A stretch of 64,000 bases of DNA from the NCBI GenBank assembly GCA_964035575.1, contig OZ037839.1, forward strand, positions 310,001 to 374,000, written 5' to 3'. Numbering within the stretch: the first letter of the stretch is position 1; the number at the start of each line of letters is the position of its first letter. Origin of the DNA: Rhynchopus sp. YZ270_cl-10. Lineage: Eukaryota. Of the stretch, positions 1-11,098 are shown one piece after another. The notes under the pieces were generated by a model. That model worked only from the letters and a program-made list of their open reading frames with translations. It did not search any database and was not told where the DNA came from. Made by a program: the position numbers and the translations under genes.

Positions 1-3000
1 TGTGCTGCCACACGCAGTCCTCTGCTTCCACCACGGTGCGCCTGCTGCACAGCTCCTGCAGGGCGTGTTCGCTGTACGCAGCCTCACAGACTCGGCACAG
101 CGTCTCCTCAGCGAGCAACGTGCGCACTGCAGCTCTGTGCTGCAGGACGTGCCAGAAGGATGTGGCCATGGCGAGGCGTGCTGCTGACTCTTCGCACACC
201 ATGTCGTTGCGGGCGCATGCGTCCGAGAGCAGGAGTGCATCTGAGGGAGGTGTCTGGCGTGAAGGGACGTCATGTGCGCCCAGTGTAGAGCCCTGCTGAC
301 CGTCCTGAGTGGCCACCAGTGCACCCCAGGCAGCCTCCTCAAGCGCGTAGACGTACCTTCTCTGTGCAGCCTGCCCTGCCGTGACTGCGTCCAGCGCCGC
401 AGTGTGCAGATGCGACACCGTTGCAGTGGCGGCATCCCGCTGCAGCGTCTCTGTGCTGCGGAGCAGTGTCAGGCGCTCTGCTGCCTCGTCGGCGATGAGG
501 CAGGCACGCGCAAGACCTGCTTCCACAAGCCCGTCCACGTCGGTGCACCGTAGGCGTTTGTCCAGGGCGTCTGCGCGGTGCCGTTCAACGTGCGCATGGA
601 ACATCGCAATCTGCAGCGCGGCGTGCCACTCAATGGTTTGTCTCTGCGACGCTTCCGACAGCACAACACGCGCAACGGACGTCGTCTTGTGTTCACGATG
701 CACTGTGTCCAGCTCCACCAGGCACCCCCTCAGCTGGCTCTCCGCAGCCTGCAGCGCTGTGTGCGTCGTGCGCAGCTCCTCAGCAACACTCGCGGCATGT
801 GCCTCTGCCGTCTCTTGTGCAAGTGCGCTGACGCCCAGACGCTCCGCCACAGCGTCCAGCTCCGCTTCCCTCCGCTGCAGAAGTGCTCTGCTGCCCGAGA
901 GCGCACCCTGCAGGAGGTGCACCTCTGCTTGCAGGGCCTCCAGCTGCGACAGAGGGACACCTTCAACTGCTGCGGTGTCTGTAGGTGTGGCAGGTGTGCA
1001 CATCGCCAAGATGCTGTCGTGGGCTTCAAGCAGCTCGGCAGAAAGCACATCGTGCACCTGGAGCAGGGTTGTCCCAGTGGTGTCTGCCCAAGTCTTCCTG
1101 AGGGAAACATCCGTCTCTTCTGCAGCCGCAAGCCTGTCCTCCAGTATCTGTACCTCAGCAGCACGTGCCTCTGCACCCTGTAGCACCTCAGCCTCACGTA
1201 CTCGCAACGCATCGATGCGTGCCTCTGCTGCAGCTGTCGCACCAAGACCCTTCCGCCCGTCTGCATCCACGATCTGCTGCGTTCGCTCAAGCTCTGCAGA
1301 CAGTGCTGCATTGCGTGCCTGCAGGACCAGCACCTCTGTGTCAGCAGCAGGTGCTCTGCTGTCAGAGAGCGCACCCTGCAGGCGGCACACCTCTGCTTGC
1401 AGGGCCTCCAGCTGGGCACCTTCAGACGCGTGAGTAGGTGTGGCAGGTGTGCACATCGCCAAGATGCTGTCGTGGGCTTCAAGCAGCTCTGCAGAAAGCA
1501 CATCGTGCACCTGGAGCAGGGTTGTCCCAGTGGTGTCTGCCCAAGTCTTCCTGAGGGAAACATCCGTCTCTCCTGCAGCCGCAATCCTGTCCTCCAGTAT
1601 CTGTACCTCAGCAGCACGTGCTTCTGCACCCTGTAGCACCTCAGCCTCACGTACTCGCAACGCATCGATGCGTGCTTCTGCTGCAGCTGTCGCACCAAGA
1701 CCCTTCCGCCCGTCTGCATCCACGATCTGCTGTGTGCGCTCAAGCTCTGCAGACAGTGCTGCATTGCGTGCCTGCAGGACCAGCACCTCTGTGTCAACAG
1801 GCGCACCCCCCCACCACACGCTACCGTACGCCTCCAGCAGCCCTTCGCCAAGCGCACTGTGCACGGCAAGCGCTGCCTGCATCTCGCTCGCAGCCGTCTG
1901 CTTCAAGACCTCCTTGTGGGACGCTGCCATGATCTGTGCTGCGTGGGTGCTGTCCACAGCCTCCAGCGCTGTGTGCGTCTCTGTGAAGAGCGTCCTGAGC
2001 GCACACATCTCACCTTCCACCTGCCGCCTGATCACTTCCGCCTCTTGCCCCTCACGCTGTGCAGCTTCCAACGCCGCATGCGTCGTCCCCAGAAGCACTG
2101 CCATCTCTTCCACCTCTGCCTGCACACCTGCCGCCACACGCTTGGCCACATCGAGCTCTGCCTGCACAGCACTCTTCTCTGCCTGCAATGCTTCCAAGCC
2201 TGATTCTTGCTCGGCACGCACCCTCGCCACGACGTCACGCTCTTCTTGCAACGCTCGCAACCTCTCCTGCAGCACCTCAGCCTCGTCTCGCGCACTCTGC
2301 ACACTCTCCTTAGCAGCCGAGAGCTGCCCTTCGAGGGTCGCAATGCTGGCAACGTGCCGCTGCTGTGCGGTGCAGAGCGCATCGCGCTCCACTGTCAGCG
2401 ACGCTGCGTCAAGCCTTGCTGCGATGAGGTCCTGCGCAGACGCCGCAAGCTGCCTCCTCAGCACCGGCAGCTCCCCACCGTCACCCTCCAAGGCAAGCGT
2501 CGCCTCCTCCAGCACAGACGTCAGCTCATCGAGCGAGGTCCGTGTAGACTGCAGCTTCTGCTCCACATCGCGGGTGCGTGCCCTCTCCTCACCCTCCTGC
2601 ACCACCGCAGCACGCCCCAATCTGTGTACGGCACCTTGCTCTCTGTTTGCATGCGTATTCAGCCGTGTTGCACCTTCGTGCACAACAATGCGCAGCCGCT
2701 CCTCCGCCTCCACCACCTCCATTGCCATAGTGTCGCGAAGTGCCGCAGTGCTGTCTGCAAGCCTGCGCTGCTCAGCCTCGAAGGAGGCAAGAAGGCTGCC
2801 ACGCTCTGTTTGCCATGTCGCGGCGGTGCTGCTGTGCTGTGTGCGCATGCTGGCCAAGGCGTCAGCTGAAGTGGAAGCGTCACGTTGCGACTCTGCCAAA
2901 TCCATCGCGAGAGCGTCCAGCTGAGATGAGAGCCTCGCCTTGTCTTGCGCTAGGGTATGCTCGCGGGCTAAGCTTGCCGCATGGGTGGTATGGGTGCTTG

Positions 3001-5920
3001 AGGTTGCGGATTGCGCGGTGTGAAGAGCCTCGCGGGTCGCTGCGTGGAGGGTCACTTCTGTGGCGAGCTGCTGTACGGCGTCTCTGCGTTGTTGCGCGAG
3101 ACGTGTCTGCAGTGCTGTGGTCGCACTGTCGTGCGCAACAAGCTGTTCCTGCAACGCCGCCCGCCCTGCAGCGACATCGCCACGAAGCGAATCGACCTCC
3201 TCCTGCAGCGCCATGGCACGCTGCTGGTGACGCAGTGCGTCTGCACCCTGTTGTGTCAACGCCTTCACCTCCGCCGCAAGACGTGCCACGTCACCTTCGG
3301 CACGCACATCCCTGTCAAGCACTTCCTGCTGAAGCGAGGCGACCCTCTCCTCTAGAACCACCACACGCTCCGCCTCTGTCTGCGCATGCTGTGCCCTTTG
3401 CTTCCACTCATGCAACCCCGTCTGCAATGAGATGACCGTCTCCTGCGATGCCGCAAGCTGCAGACGGAGTTCTCGCACTTCTGTCCCCTCTGCAGGAGGC
3501 AGCCCCATGGTCTCTATCTCAGGCTGTGTCCTTTGCAGCTCGCGTCGCAAGGAGCTAATCGTCTCTGCCGATTCTGCAAGCTGCAGGCGTGCGTCGTGCA
3601 GCTCTCTCCCTTCCCCTTCAGGACGCCGCAACACCCCCACCTCCTCACGCAGCACCGCAACCGTTTGCACCGATGCCTCGAGCCGCTTTCGGGTCTCCTC
3701 CAGTTCCCGCGCGACATCGGCCCCTTCTTCTTCTCCCCCTGCACCGCGCTCCTCACGCAGGCGCTGCACCTCTGACAGAAGCTCCTTGCTGGGCTGCGCT
3801 GCTAACAACTCTTCAATTAGCTTTTCTGCCTCAGCATGCTTGGCTGCTGAGGCCCCTGCTTCGTGTCTCATGCTGTCCAGCTCTGACTCCAAGGTGTGAC
3901 ACCGTGCGTTTGATGCAAGGAGCTGTGCACGCAGGTCTTCTGTCTCCGCACCTAACAGCTGAAGCTGCTCTACGAGAGTCGAGGCTTGACCACCTCCTAT
4001 GTCGTCATGCTCAACGGGAGTGATCTGTTCTGGAAGTTCTGCCTCATTGTAGCCTGGTGCTGTACGCGGCACGTGCCGCTCCTCCGCCCGTTTCAACTCA
4101 ACGTTCACCGCAAACAAACTCTGTCGATGCAAGCTCGCTTCACGTTCCCTCAACGCGACTTCCCCCTTCAGGTCCTCCTCCAAAGACGCAATGCGGTCTC
4201 GGTAGCTGGCCTCGACTTCTTCCATGCGTGCTGTGGTTTCGAGGACGGTGGTTTGATTTGCGTCGCATAACGCAGTAAGATCCTTCAACTGTTGCTGTAG
4301 GAAGGCGTTCTCCGCCACGCTGTTGCGGTGTTCATGCCCCATATGCGTGGACTCGAGGTGCTGTATTCTGCTCTCTGCCTCTGCGTAACGTACATCGTAG
4401 TGTGCCTGGCTGTCCTTCAGGAGGACGTCCGCCTCCTCAAGCATCTGGGCACGGAGCGCGTCGAGGCGGTTCTCAGTCTCCTGCGCAGCCCTCTGCAGGT
4501 CTGCGTGGAGGCCGCTTTGCTCCTCCTCTGCGTGCTGGAGGGTGCGTTTCATGTGTGCCAGCTGTTCCTGCAGGTCTTCCTGTTGGCGGCGCATTCTGGA
4601 GTCATTGGTTTCTGCCTCGGTGCGGACCTGGCGGAGGTCGCTTTCCGCTGCCGCCCGACGTCTTTGTAAGATCTGCACCTCCGCCTCCAGCTCAACGCAC
4701 CTTGCGACTGCCCCAGCCGTCGCCGCCTTTTCTGCAGAAAGCTTTTCCTGAAGCGTTGCCATGCGTTCTGTATCTTCTCTCTGCACCGCAGCTTCGACAG
4801 CACGACGTGACGCTGCCGCAGCACTCAACGCTTGGTGCATAGTAGACAACTCACGAAGCAGGGCACTCCGCTTCGCCACTACAGCCTGCAACCGTTTGGT
4901 CTGGTTGTCACAGAACCGCAGGCCATCCACTTCCCCTTGAAGATCGGTCCTCGCAGCTACCTCCTCGACCAACTGCTCTTGCAAGGTGTCCACTGCGAGA
5001 TCGTTGTCGTGGGTGTTGCGTTGGATCGCGAGCAACTCCTCCCCAAGCGTGTCTCCCTCCACGAGAGACGCAATGAGCCGTTCCTGAAGGTCGTCCACCT
5101 GCCGGAGCAGGGCCTCCTCCTGCACCGCATCCTGCACGACACCCTCCCCAAGAATCATGTCAATGTTGTTATGCAAACTGGCCACTTGCATTTCCAACGT
5201 CATTTGGCAGTCTTCTGCAGAAGCTAACCGGTTTCGCAAGGAAGCTTCCGTTGTCTTGGCTTCTTCTAACGATTCGTCGAGGGTGAGTTTGTGGGTCGCA
5301 ACGTCAAATAAGGCTTCCTGCACATCTTGGACACGAAGTTCGAGGCACCGCCGCGCACTGCCTTCCACAGCGTTGTCCTCTGCCAGCGCCATTTGGGTTG
5401 AGACAGCGGAAATAAGCTGTTCCTGAAGATCCGCCAACTGCACCGCTTCGCTGCCACCTTCTGTAGTGAGCCTTTCAACTTCAAGGCGCAGGAGTGCGTT
5501 CTCTGCCAGAGTCTCATCGACGCAGGCAAGGAGACTCGCGTTTTGCTCCTTCAGAATCGCGTTGTGATCGGATTTCTCTGAGTCGGCAGACCCCTGAGTT
5601 GCTTCCATAGTGTGAAGGAGCTGTTCCTGCAAGCCCTCTATCTGACGTTCTAAGGTGTGTTTCAGCTCTTCTGCCGTAATTCGTTCATTGCGTGCAATTT
5701 CGATTGCTTCGTCCAGTAGGGTGTCAACGTTGTTCGTTGAAGAGTGTCGTGCCTGGTGGAGGATCGACAAAAGGCAAGGCGCAGACGGCGCCGGGAGTAG
5801 AGCACGGTGGCGAGGTGTGTGTGGAAGATGCGGTGTGCTTCCGGGGGTTGAGAGCCCCCCCCGGTCATCCCCCCATGCTACCACCTCGCGGTCCTGCAGA
5901 GGCGTGCTTGGGGATGGCAT
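1..5920 (-). CDS. Very long coiled-coil protein (>1970 aa), 3' end outside window
   Basis: ATG at 5920 (MPSPSTPLQDREV...). The frame was read open from 5920 to about 3900 and again at the window edge, with E/A/Q/L/R-rich heptad-like sequence (e.g. TAEELKHTLERQIEGLQEQLL). The track lists no minus ORF in this frame in 1-5920, consistent with one ORF lacking a stop inside the window. Confidence 0.85.
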   Translation of the reverse strand, partial: MPSPSTPLQDREVVAWGDDRGGLSTPGSTPHLPHTPRHRALLPAPSAPCLLSILHQARHSSTNNVDTLLDEAIEIARNERITAEELKHTLERQIEGLQEQLLHTMEATQGSADSEKSDHNAILKEQNASLLACVDETLAENALLRLEVERLTTEGGSEAVQLADLQEQLISAVSTQMALAEDNAVEGSARRCLELRVQDVQEALFDVATHKLTLDESLEEAKTTEASLRNRLASAEDCQMTLEMQVASLHNNIDMILGEGVVQDAVQEEALLRQVDDLQERLIASLVEGDTLGEELLAIQRNTHDNDLAVDTLQEQLVEEVAARTDLQGEVDGLRFCDNQTKRLQAVVAKRSALLRELSTMHQALSAAAASRRAVEAAVQREDTERMATLQEKLSAEKAATAGAVARCVELEAEVQILQRRRAAAESDLRQVRTEAETNDSRMRRQQEDLQEQLAHMKRTLQHAEEEQSGLHADLQRAAQETENRLDALRAQMLEEADVLLKDSQAHYDVRYAEAESRIQHLESTHMGHEHRNSVAENAFLQQQLKDLTALCDANQTTVLETTARMEEVEASYRDRIASLEEDLKGEVALREREASLHRQSLFAVNVELKRAEERHVPRTAPGYNEAELPEQITPVEHDDIGGGQASTLVEQLQLLGAETEDLRAQLLASNARCHTLESELDSMRHEAGASAAKHAEAEKLIEELLAAQPSKELLSEVQRLREERGAGGEEEGADVARELEETRKRLEASVQTVAVLREEVGVLRRPEGEGRELHDARLQLAESAETISSLRRELQRTQPEIETMGLPPAEGTEVRELRLQLAASQETVISLQTGLHEWKQRAQHAQTEAERVVVLEERVASLQQEVLDRDVRAEGDVARLAAEVKALTQQGADALRHQQRAMALQEEVDSLRGDVAAGRAALQEQLVAHDSATTALQTRLAQQRRDAVQQLATEVTLHAATREALHTAQSATSSTHTTHAASLAREHTLAQDKARLSSQLDALAMDLAESQRDASTSADALASMRTQHSSTAATWQTERGSLLASFEAEQRRLADSTAALRDTMAMEVVEAEERLRIVVHEGATRLNTHANREQGAVHRLGRAAVVQEGEERARTRDVEQKLQSTRTSLDELTSVLEEATLALEGDGGELPVLRRQLAASAQDLIAARLDAASLTVERDALCTAQQRHVASIATLEGQLSAAKESVQSARDEAEVLQERLRALQEERDVVARVRAEQESGLEALQAEKSAVQAELDVAKRVAAGVQAEVEEMAVLLGTTHAALEAAQREGQEAEVIRRQVEGEMCALRTLFTETHTALEAVDSTHAAQIMAASHKEVLKQTAASEMQAALAVHSALGEGLLEAYGSVWWGGAPVDTEVLVLQARNAALSAELERTQQIVDADGRKGLGATAAAEARIDALRVREAEVLQGAEARAAEVQILEDRIAAAGETDVSLRKTWADTTGTTLLQVHDVLSAELLEAHDSILAMCTPATPTHASEGAQLEALQAEVCRLQGALSDSRAPAADTEVLVLQARNAALSAELERTQQIVDADGRKGLGATAAAEARIDALRVREAEVLQGAEARAAEVQILEDRLAAAEETDVSLRKTWADTTGTTLLQVHDVLSAELLEAHDSILAMCTPATPTDTAAVEGVPLSQLEALQAEVHLLQGALSGSRALLQRREAELDAVAERLGVSALAQETAEAHAASVAEELRTTHTALQAAESQLRGCLVELDTVHREHKTTSVARVVLSEASQRQTIEWHAALQIAMFHAHVERHRADALDKRLRCTDVDGLVEAGLARACLIADEAAERLTLLRSTETLQRDAATATVSHLHTAALDAVTAGQAAQRRYVYALEEAAWGALVATQDGQQGSTLGAHDVPSRQTPPSDALLLSDACARNDMVCEESAARLAMATSFWHVLQHRAAVRTLLAEETLCRVCEAAYSEHALQELCSRRTVVEAEDCVWQH
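981..1795. repeat. Near-identical in-frame tandem duplication (453-nt offset, 151 aa) inside the coiled-coil gene
   Basis: gtaggtgtggcaggtgtgcacatcgccaag at 981 and 1434; identity continues for about 360 nt. Confidence 0.9.
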
Positions 5921-6322
5921 CACATCCAAAAAACAAAAAAAGAACAGAAAAAAAAAAGCCGCGGGGGGGAAAGGGGGGAGAGGAGGGAAGGGGGTGCCCA
6001 AAAAAAAAAGGTGATCTGTGCTGTGGGGTCTATGTGGGGGATGGAGTGGAGTTAAAGTGGTTGAAAGAGGGTTCAAAAATAGGGGAGCTTTTTATATAGT
6101 TTTTATAGTCATCTATGGTCGGGTGGGGGGGTGGAGGCGAAGGGGGGGGTATCTATCCAGTCCAGGGGGGGTGTGCGGCGGTGTGGTTGTGCTTGTGTTG
6201 TGTTGTGGTTTGCTATGAGAAGGCGCAACATGCAAAATACAGAACTCAAAAAATTTGGCGTCCAAAAAAAAAAAAAGGTTGACTTGAAATACAACAGCCC
6301 TCGCGTGACAGTGTACTGGTCT

Positions 6323-6372
6323 TGCAGGAGGCGTGCTTGGGGTATGGCATCACATCCAAAAAAACAAAAAAG
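6323..6372 (-). repeat. Degenerate ~50-bp copy of the start region of the coiled-coil gene
   Basis: tgcaggaggcgtgcttggggtatggcatcacatccaaaaaaacaaaaaag matches 5896-5942 with small insertions. Confidence 0.8.
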
Positions 6373-6706
6373 TCGCCAAATTGCACCAAAAAAATCCCCA
6401 AAATCCGCCTTATTTGGACGCCAATTTATTTGGTGTCCTGTAATACACACCAAACCCCCGTAGTGCTGTATAGAGGGCGTTGTCACAACAACGACCTCTC
6501 TTTTGTATTCACGATGTACTGCAATCTCATGCTGTGCCCCATCATAGCGCTTCTTGAGCTGTGGCACACCCCCCTGATGCGCTGATGCGCTGTAAACCCG
6601 TTTTATTTTTCTTTGAATTTTTATCCTTTTTTGTTCTTAGCGAGAGTTTCTCTAGTTCGTTTAAATTTAGATTTTTTTTTGTGCTTTTTATTGTTATGTT
6701 CGTCTT

Positions 6707-7069
6707 TCATGCAGTATTAGTGTTCAAGACGCTGTAGAGCAACGGCAGGTCCGGCTGCGCGCCGACAATGTTAAGCTGCTGGGAGAGGACGTTGCGCGGA
6801 ATGCGCTCCTCAGGCTGGCCGGACTCGACCACGAGCGTGCTTGCTGTGTGGTGGAAGCCGCTGTGCTCGAGGTACTCACGCACAAGCTCGTTCATCAGAA
6901 GCAGCTCGTTCGGGAGGGCGGGTTTCTCTGTTGCGCCGCTTTCGAGGCCTTTGTACACACAGGCACGGATCTGCGCCTTCATCTTCCCCAGGACACCCTG
7001 GTTGTCGAGCATGCTCTTGAGCATGCTTGCTACCTCGTCTTCGTGGTCGTCGCTGGCGGCGTCGGACAT
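6707..7069 (-). CDS. CEP20: FOR20/FOPNL-like centriole/basal-body LisH protein (120 aa)
   Basis: LKSMLDNQGVLGKMKAQIRACVY (TOF-like), LLMNELVREYLEHSGFHHTASTLVVES (LisH), C-terminal PLLYS; ATG at 7069 follows a CA-rich leader. Confidence 0.85.
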   Translation of the reverse strand: MSDAASDDHEDEVASMLKSMLDNQGVLGKMKAQIRACVYKGLESGATEKPALPNELLLMNELVREYLEHSGFHHTASTLVVESGQPEERIPRNVLSQQLNIVGAQPDLPLLYSVLNTNTA

Positions 7070-8055
7070 ATTGTTTTGGGTGTTGTGTTTGCTGTGTGTG
7101 CTGTGGAGGAGAGGATGGGATGAACTTATAAAGTCAGGGATCTTGCTGTATATAAATGGCAGATAGATATGCATCAACCAACCTTCAGGTCGAGGCTTGA
7201 AGCACCTAGAGGTGAAGACCGTAGGTGAAGGCAAGAGATGTTCAACCAAAAAAAGGTTTTTCTTGTTCGGAAGTAAACAGTGCCCTGCGTCCGCATATGT
7301 GCGGTGGAGTTTTTCACTTTCAACTAATATTTTGTGTTCAAAATATTTACCACCGAGAATCAAAGGGCAGAAAATCAGAACCATCAAAAGGGCTCACAGA
7401 AACATACACGGTGGAGTCCACCCGGGGGAGGAGTACCTAAATAGGGGGACTATAGCGCCTATAGAAAACACTTTTTTTTGTACCAACAATCATCACTTTA
7501 CACCTTACTGGCAAAACATTTTTTTCTTTTTTTGGAGCACTCACCCAACCACCTCTGCGAATGGACAGTACGAAGCAATGCTGCCACGCCCTACTTCAAG
7601 ACGGAGACGTCCAGAAAAAAGCACACGTCTTCCGGCCACACGAGGTCCATCAAGACTTATAACCTATCATCATGCGAGCTTCCTAGGAGTAACACCACCC
7701 CCACCCCGACTCACATAGCATTCACCGTGCGCGGTATGTGACCAGCTGCGACTCCAATATCTGTGACTCACATTCTTGCGTTTTTCTGTACAAAAAAAAA
7801 ATTGGTGGTGTTATTGTGACAGAACGTCACCGATACGATGAGTTAAAAGTTGACTTGAAATACAACATTGGTACATGACCTGTGGGGTGAACCTCCAACC
7901 ATGCAGTCCTACCGTCCATTTCGTGGTTCACATTTGATATGCTAGAAAATCTTAGAGACTAGATTTGTTGCTCTTTTGCTTTATTTTGCTCAAAAAAAGA
8001 CTATAAAAACAATAAGATTGTTTTGTTGTTCCACTCCTCGCTGTCTTTTTTGATA

Positions 8056-8772
8056 TTATTTCACATACCGTATCTTAAACGGCGGTGGCGCAGCTTCGAG
8101 CTCGGACCGCGAGAGGCGTGTTTTGTGTGCCGATGCAGACCCTCCTTTGCCGCCTAGCTTGGGTGTCCCGACACCGCCACCCTCCCGCCCAACCCTCGGT
8201 GTTGTTACATAGGGTGCCGGGTTCACCTCGAAGATGTGCTGTGTGTTCCCTTCCCCAACCAGACCTTCCACCAGATTGCTGATGTCGCAGAGAGGTTGGG
8301 AGGGTACGTCTTCTTCGCATCCTTCGTCGAAGATGCAGGGGCTTGTAATCGCGGTGGCACCACGTTTGCCACGTGCCCGATGCTCTGCCACCACTAACCC
8401 TTCGAGATGCGGTGTAAGCAAGACCACATCGCCTACCTGAAGCGGAAGCACTTCCCCAGATGCAACCCGTCTTGCCTTACCTTGACCACGGTGTTGGAGG
8501 TAGCATTCTGAATTCGCCTCCATACGCAATGCCGATCCCTCAACAGAGACACAAATATGCCGTCGTGAAACGTTTCGATCCTGCACCCGAAGTGCAGCAG
8601 TTCTCCCTACCAATGTGTCCCCTTCGGCCAGTCGTACACCAGGCTTGCCACTAGCCCACTCTAAACAGTATGCCGAGGATTGGGGAGTTACAGGAGGTGG
8701 GGTAGGGGTCGCCTCGCGTTGGATAATGCTCTCTAGGTCGGCCCAGTTTTGTGTGTCGCCGGTATCGGTCAT
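8056..8772 (-). CDS. FHA-domain protein (PNKP/aprataxin/APLF-type FHA)
   Basis: TLVGRTAALRVQDRNVSRRHICV has the GR and SRxH FHA motifs; LQVGDVVLL closes the domain. Confidence 0.7.
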   Translation of the reverse strand: MTDTGDTQNWADLESIIQREATPTPPPVTPQSSAYCLEWASGKPGVRLAEGDTLVGRTAALRVQDRNVSRRHICVSVEGSALRMEANSECYLQHRGQGKARRVASGEVLPLQVGDVVLLTPHLEGLVVAEHRARGKRGATAITSPCIFDEGCEEDVPSQPLCDISNLVEGLVGEGNTQHIFEVNPAPYVTTPRVGREGGGVGTPKLGGKGGSASAHKTRLSRSELEAAPPPFKIRYVK

Positions 8773-8897
8773 TGGGGAGGGAAGTGGGGTGCAATGCCCT
8801 GGGTTAGGGGTGGGGTGGGGGGGGTTGTGTACTGGGTGTTGCTGTGGGGGTGTGGTGTGGAAGCAGGTTGTGTGTGGGTGTCAGACTTCTGATCAGT

Positions 8898-9095
8898 AAC
8901 CTCAGTACATATATAAAAGAAGCGGCGGTCATGGTACCCAAAGGTTCCAGGCGAAGCCACGGTACGCAACATTTCTAAAAAATGTTGCCATAAAAATGGT
9001 GTCGTTGGTAATTATCGTCAGAAACGTCAATTTTACTTCCATATTTTGCTAAAACAAAATTTTCTGGCGAAGCCACGGTACGCAACATTTTACTC
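8898..9095 (+). repeat. Dispersed repeat with two GGC-GAA-GCC mini-hairpin + ACGGTACGCAACATTT motifs
   Basis: Motif at 8950 and 9066; homologous blocks at 14035-14220 (+) and 17680-17930 (-). Confidence 0.8.
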
Positions 9096-9775
9096 CTCCG
9101 TCTTCCAACCCTCATAATTGAATGAGATTGACACGTCTTCTCCTTCTTCTTGTACACAACCTCAAATGTCTCTGATGCTGGACTTTTGCCTGCAACTGAC
9201 GCGAACTGCCGCTTACAACGGTGAAAACCCCAAGCAAAACCACAAGTCAAAATCTTTTCCTCCACCCTGCTCCAGGGAATGGAGTGTGTGGTTGATTTTT
9301 TTTTTAGCGCGCGTATTGCATTTCACCTATTGCCTCCTTGGAATGGGAAGGCTCGCTATTGTTTAAAATAAAGATTGGTAAGGGTGGAGACACATGGGGT
9401 TGGGACTAGGTGGGGAGGGGAAGATGAGGGGAGCTCTGTCTTATACGTTACTTTTCGTTTTTTTTCATTTTTTTTTGAAAACTTGTCTTCGCGTAGACAC
9501 CCGAGGGATGCGGTTCACTATCGAAGAAACGTACTTTCCATTTTTTCTTCACACTCAGGAACAACCCCTCAGTGTTTTTCATGGACAGACAACTTGGGTG
9601 GGGTGGGGAAGGGGTGAAGTTTTACAACTAAACCAAACACCTTTCTTATACAAACAAAGGGGGAAAACTCTAATATTGGATACAAAAAACAACAACAACA
9701 ACCTTCTCTACAAAAAAACAATTTGAAAAGAAAACCCAGCTCACATCCCGAAGAGTTTTCCATTCTTTTCCCTAA

Positions 9776-10378
9776 TCACAGCACCTTGGGGGTGCGCGCG
9801 GTGAGTGCGATGTGTGCCAAGGCTGTCTGCGACGCGGCCCGCGCCATCTCTGCTCTGGCATGGCTTGCTGCAAGGTCCGACCCAGGGACTGTGAGGATCG
9901 GAGCCTGGGTTGCTGTGTGCGCGGAGGCCATGTCGGCGCTGACCTGCGCACGCTCTGCGTGGGTCTGTGCAGTGACGTCGGCTGCTGCGATGGCGGCGGT
10001 GGTGGCTGCCGTGCGCTCTGCAGCACACCGCGCAGCGTCTGCGGCGGCAAACGAGGCTGTCAGGGTCGACGCGTCTGCCGCCCTTGCCGCCGCCGTCCCT
10101 CTCCTCGTCGCCACCGCTCCCACAGCACACTGATGCGCGACACTCAGACTCTGCGGGTACCCTGCCGCCGCCACCTCGCCCAACGCAGCAGGGGACAGCG
10201 ACGCACGCACCACAGCACCATCCGCCACCATCCTCGCGCTCTGCACTCTCTCCAGAGACGGAACACCAGGTGGCGCCACGGCAACACGTACACGAGGCGA
10301 AAGGGAGGCACGGTGTGCAGCGTCAGACTCACCGACAAATCCTCCAGACACTCCAGGGTTGGCGGTGACGTACGGCAT
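9776..10378 (-). CDS. Ala-rich hypothetical protein (200 aa)
   Basis: GC-rich ORF between AT-rich flanks; ATG at 10378 after a pyrimidine-rich leader; same strand as neighbours. Confidence 0.6.
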   Translation of the reverse strand: MPYVTANPGVSGGFVGESDAAHRASLSPRVRVAVAPPGVPSLERVQSARMVADGAVVRASLSPAALGEVAAAGYPQSLSVAHQCAVGAVATRRGTAAARAADASTLTASFAAADAARCAAERTAATTAAIAAADVTAQTHAERAQVSADMASAHTATQAPILTVPGSDLAASHARAEMARAASQTALAHIALTARTPKVL

Positions 10379-11098
10379 AGTAGTAGAAAGGGGGGAGAGA
10401 AGGAGAGGAGAAAATAATTTTCCTGCGTGGAGTGAAGAAATTGTCGGGGGGAAGGGGGTCGAGCAGCCCAAGTCCAGGGGGTGGGAAACAAGCGGAACCA
10501 CACAGTAACGTGCAGGTAATCAGAGAATACATGAGTGGGGTGAAATCTTAATGTATGTGCACTTCTAATAAAAGGAAGTGGGGGAAATCGTATTTTATTG
10601 TCCTTTCGTCAAGATTTCTTTGTTTTTCTCTTTTGTCTATTTTTCCTGTATTTTTTTTCTTCTTTGTACTGTCTTTTGTTTTGGTTGTTGTTAGATACAC
10701 TCAATCGCCCATCGAGTTCTGTGAATAGGAGCAACTACCAGGATAGAAGAGCACGGAACTCCTTTTCATGTGTATCCATGCAAAACAGTAATGTGATACC
10801 AGGGGAAATATTTTGAAAAAAAGGTGTCGTTGAGAAACAAACAACGCAATGCATCCTCCTCACCCAGATCACACGATATGTCACAAGTGTCATGTCCCCG
10901 GAAAAACGAAAGTAAATAGCAAGAGCAAATAAAGGGGTGGGGAATAAATAAAAAGTTTCAGACTTGAAAGTGAATGACAAGTGGTTCATTTGGTATTCCA
11001 CTGGTCACCTGCCAGCTAGGCCGTCGTGTGTCAAAGCAAAGTCGTTCCGTGGTATATTATTGTGTACATTCAGGAGAACAGCGAGTGTGTGATCAGAT

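Noticed and set aside
381..5426. Long plus-strand Ser/Ala/Cys-rich ORFs
   Set aside because: Antisense shadows of the minus-strand coiled-coil gene
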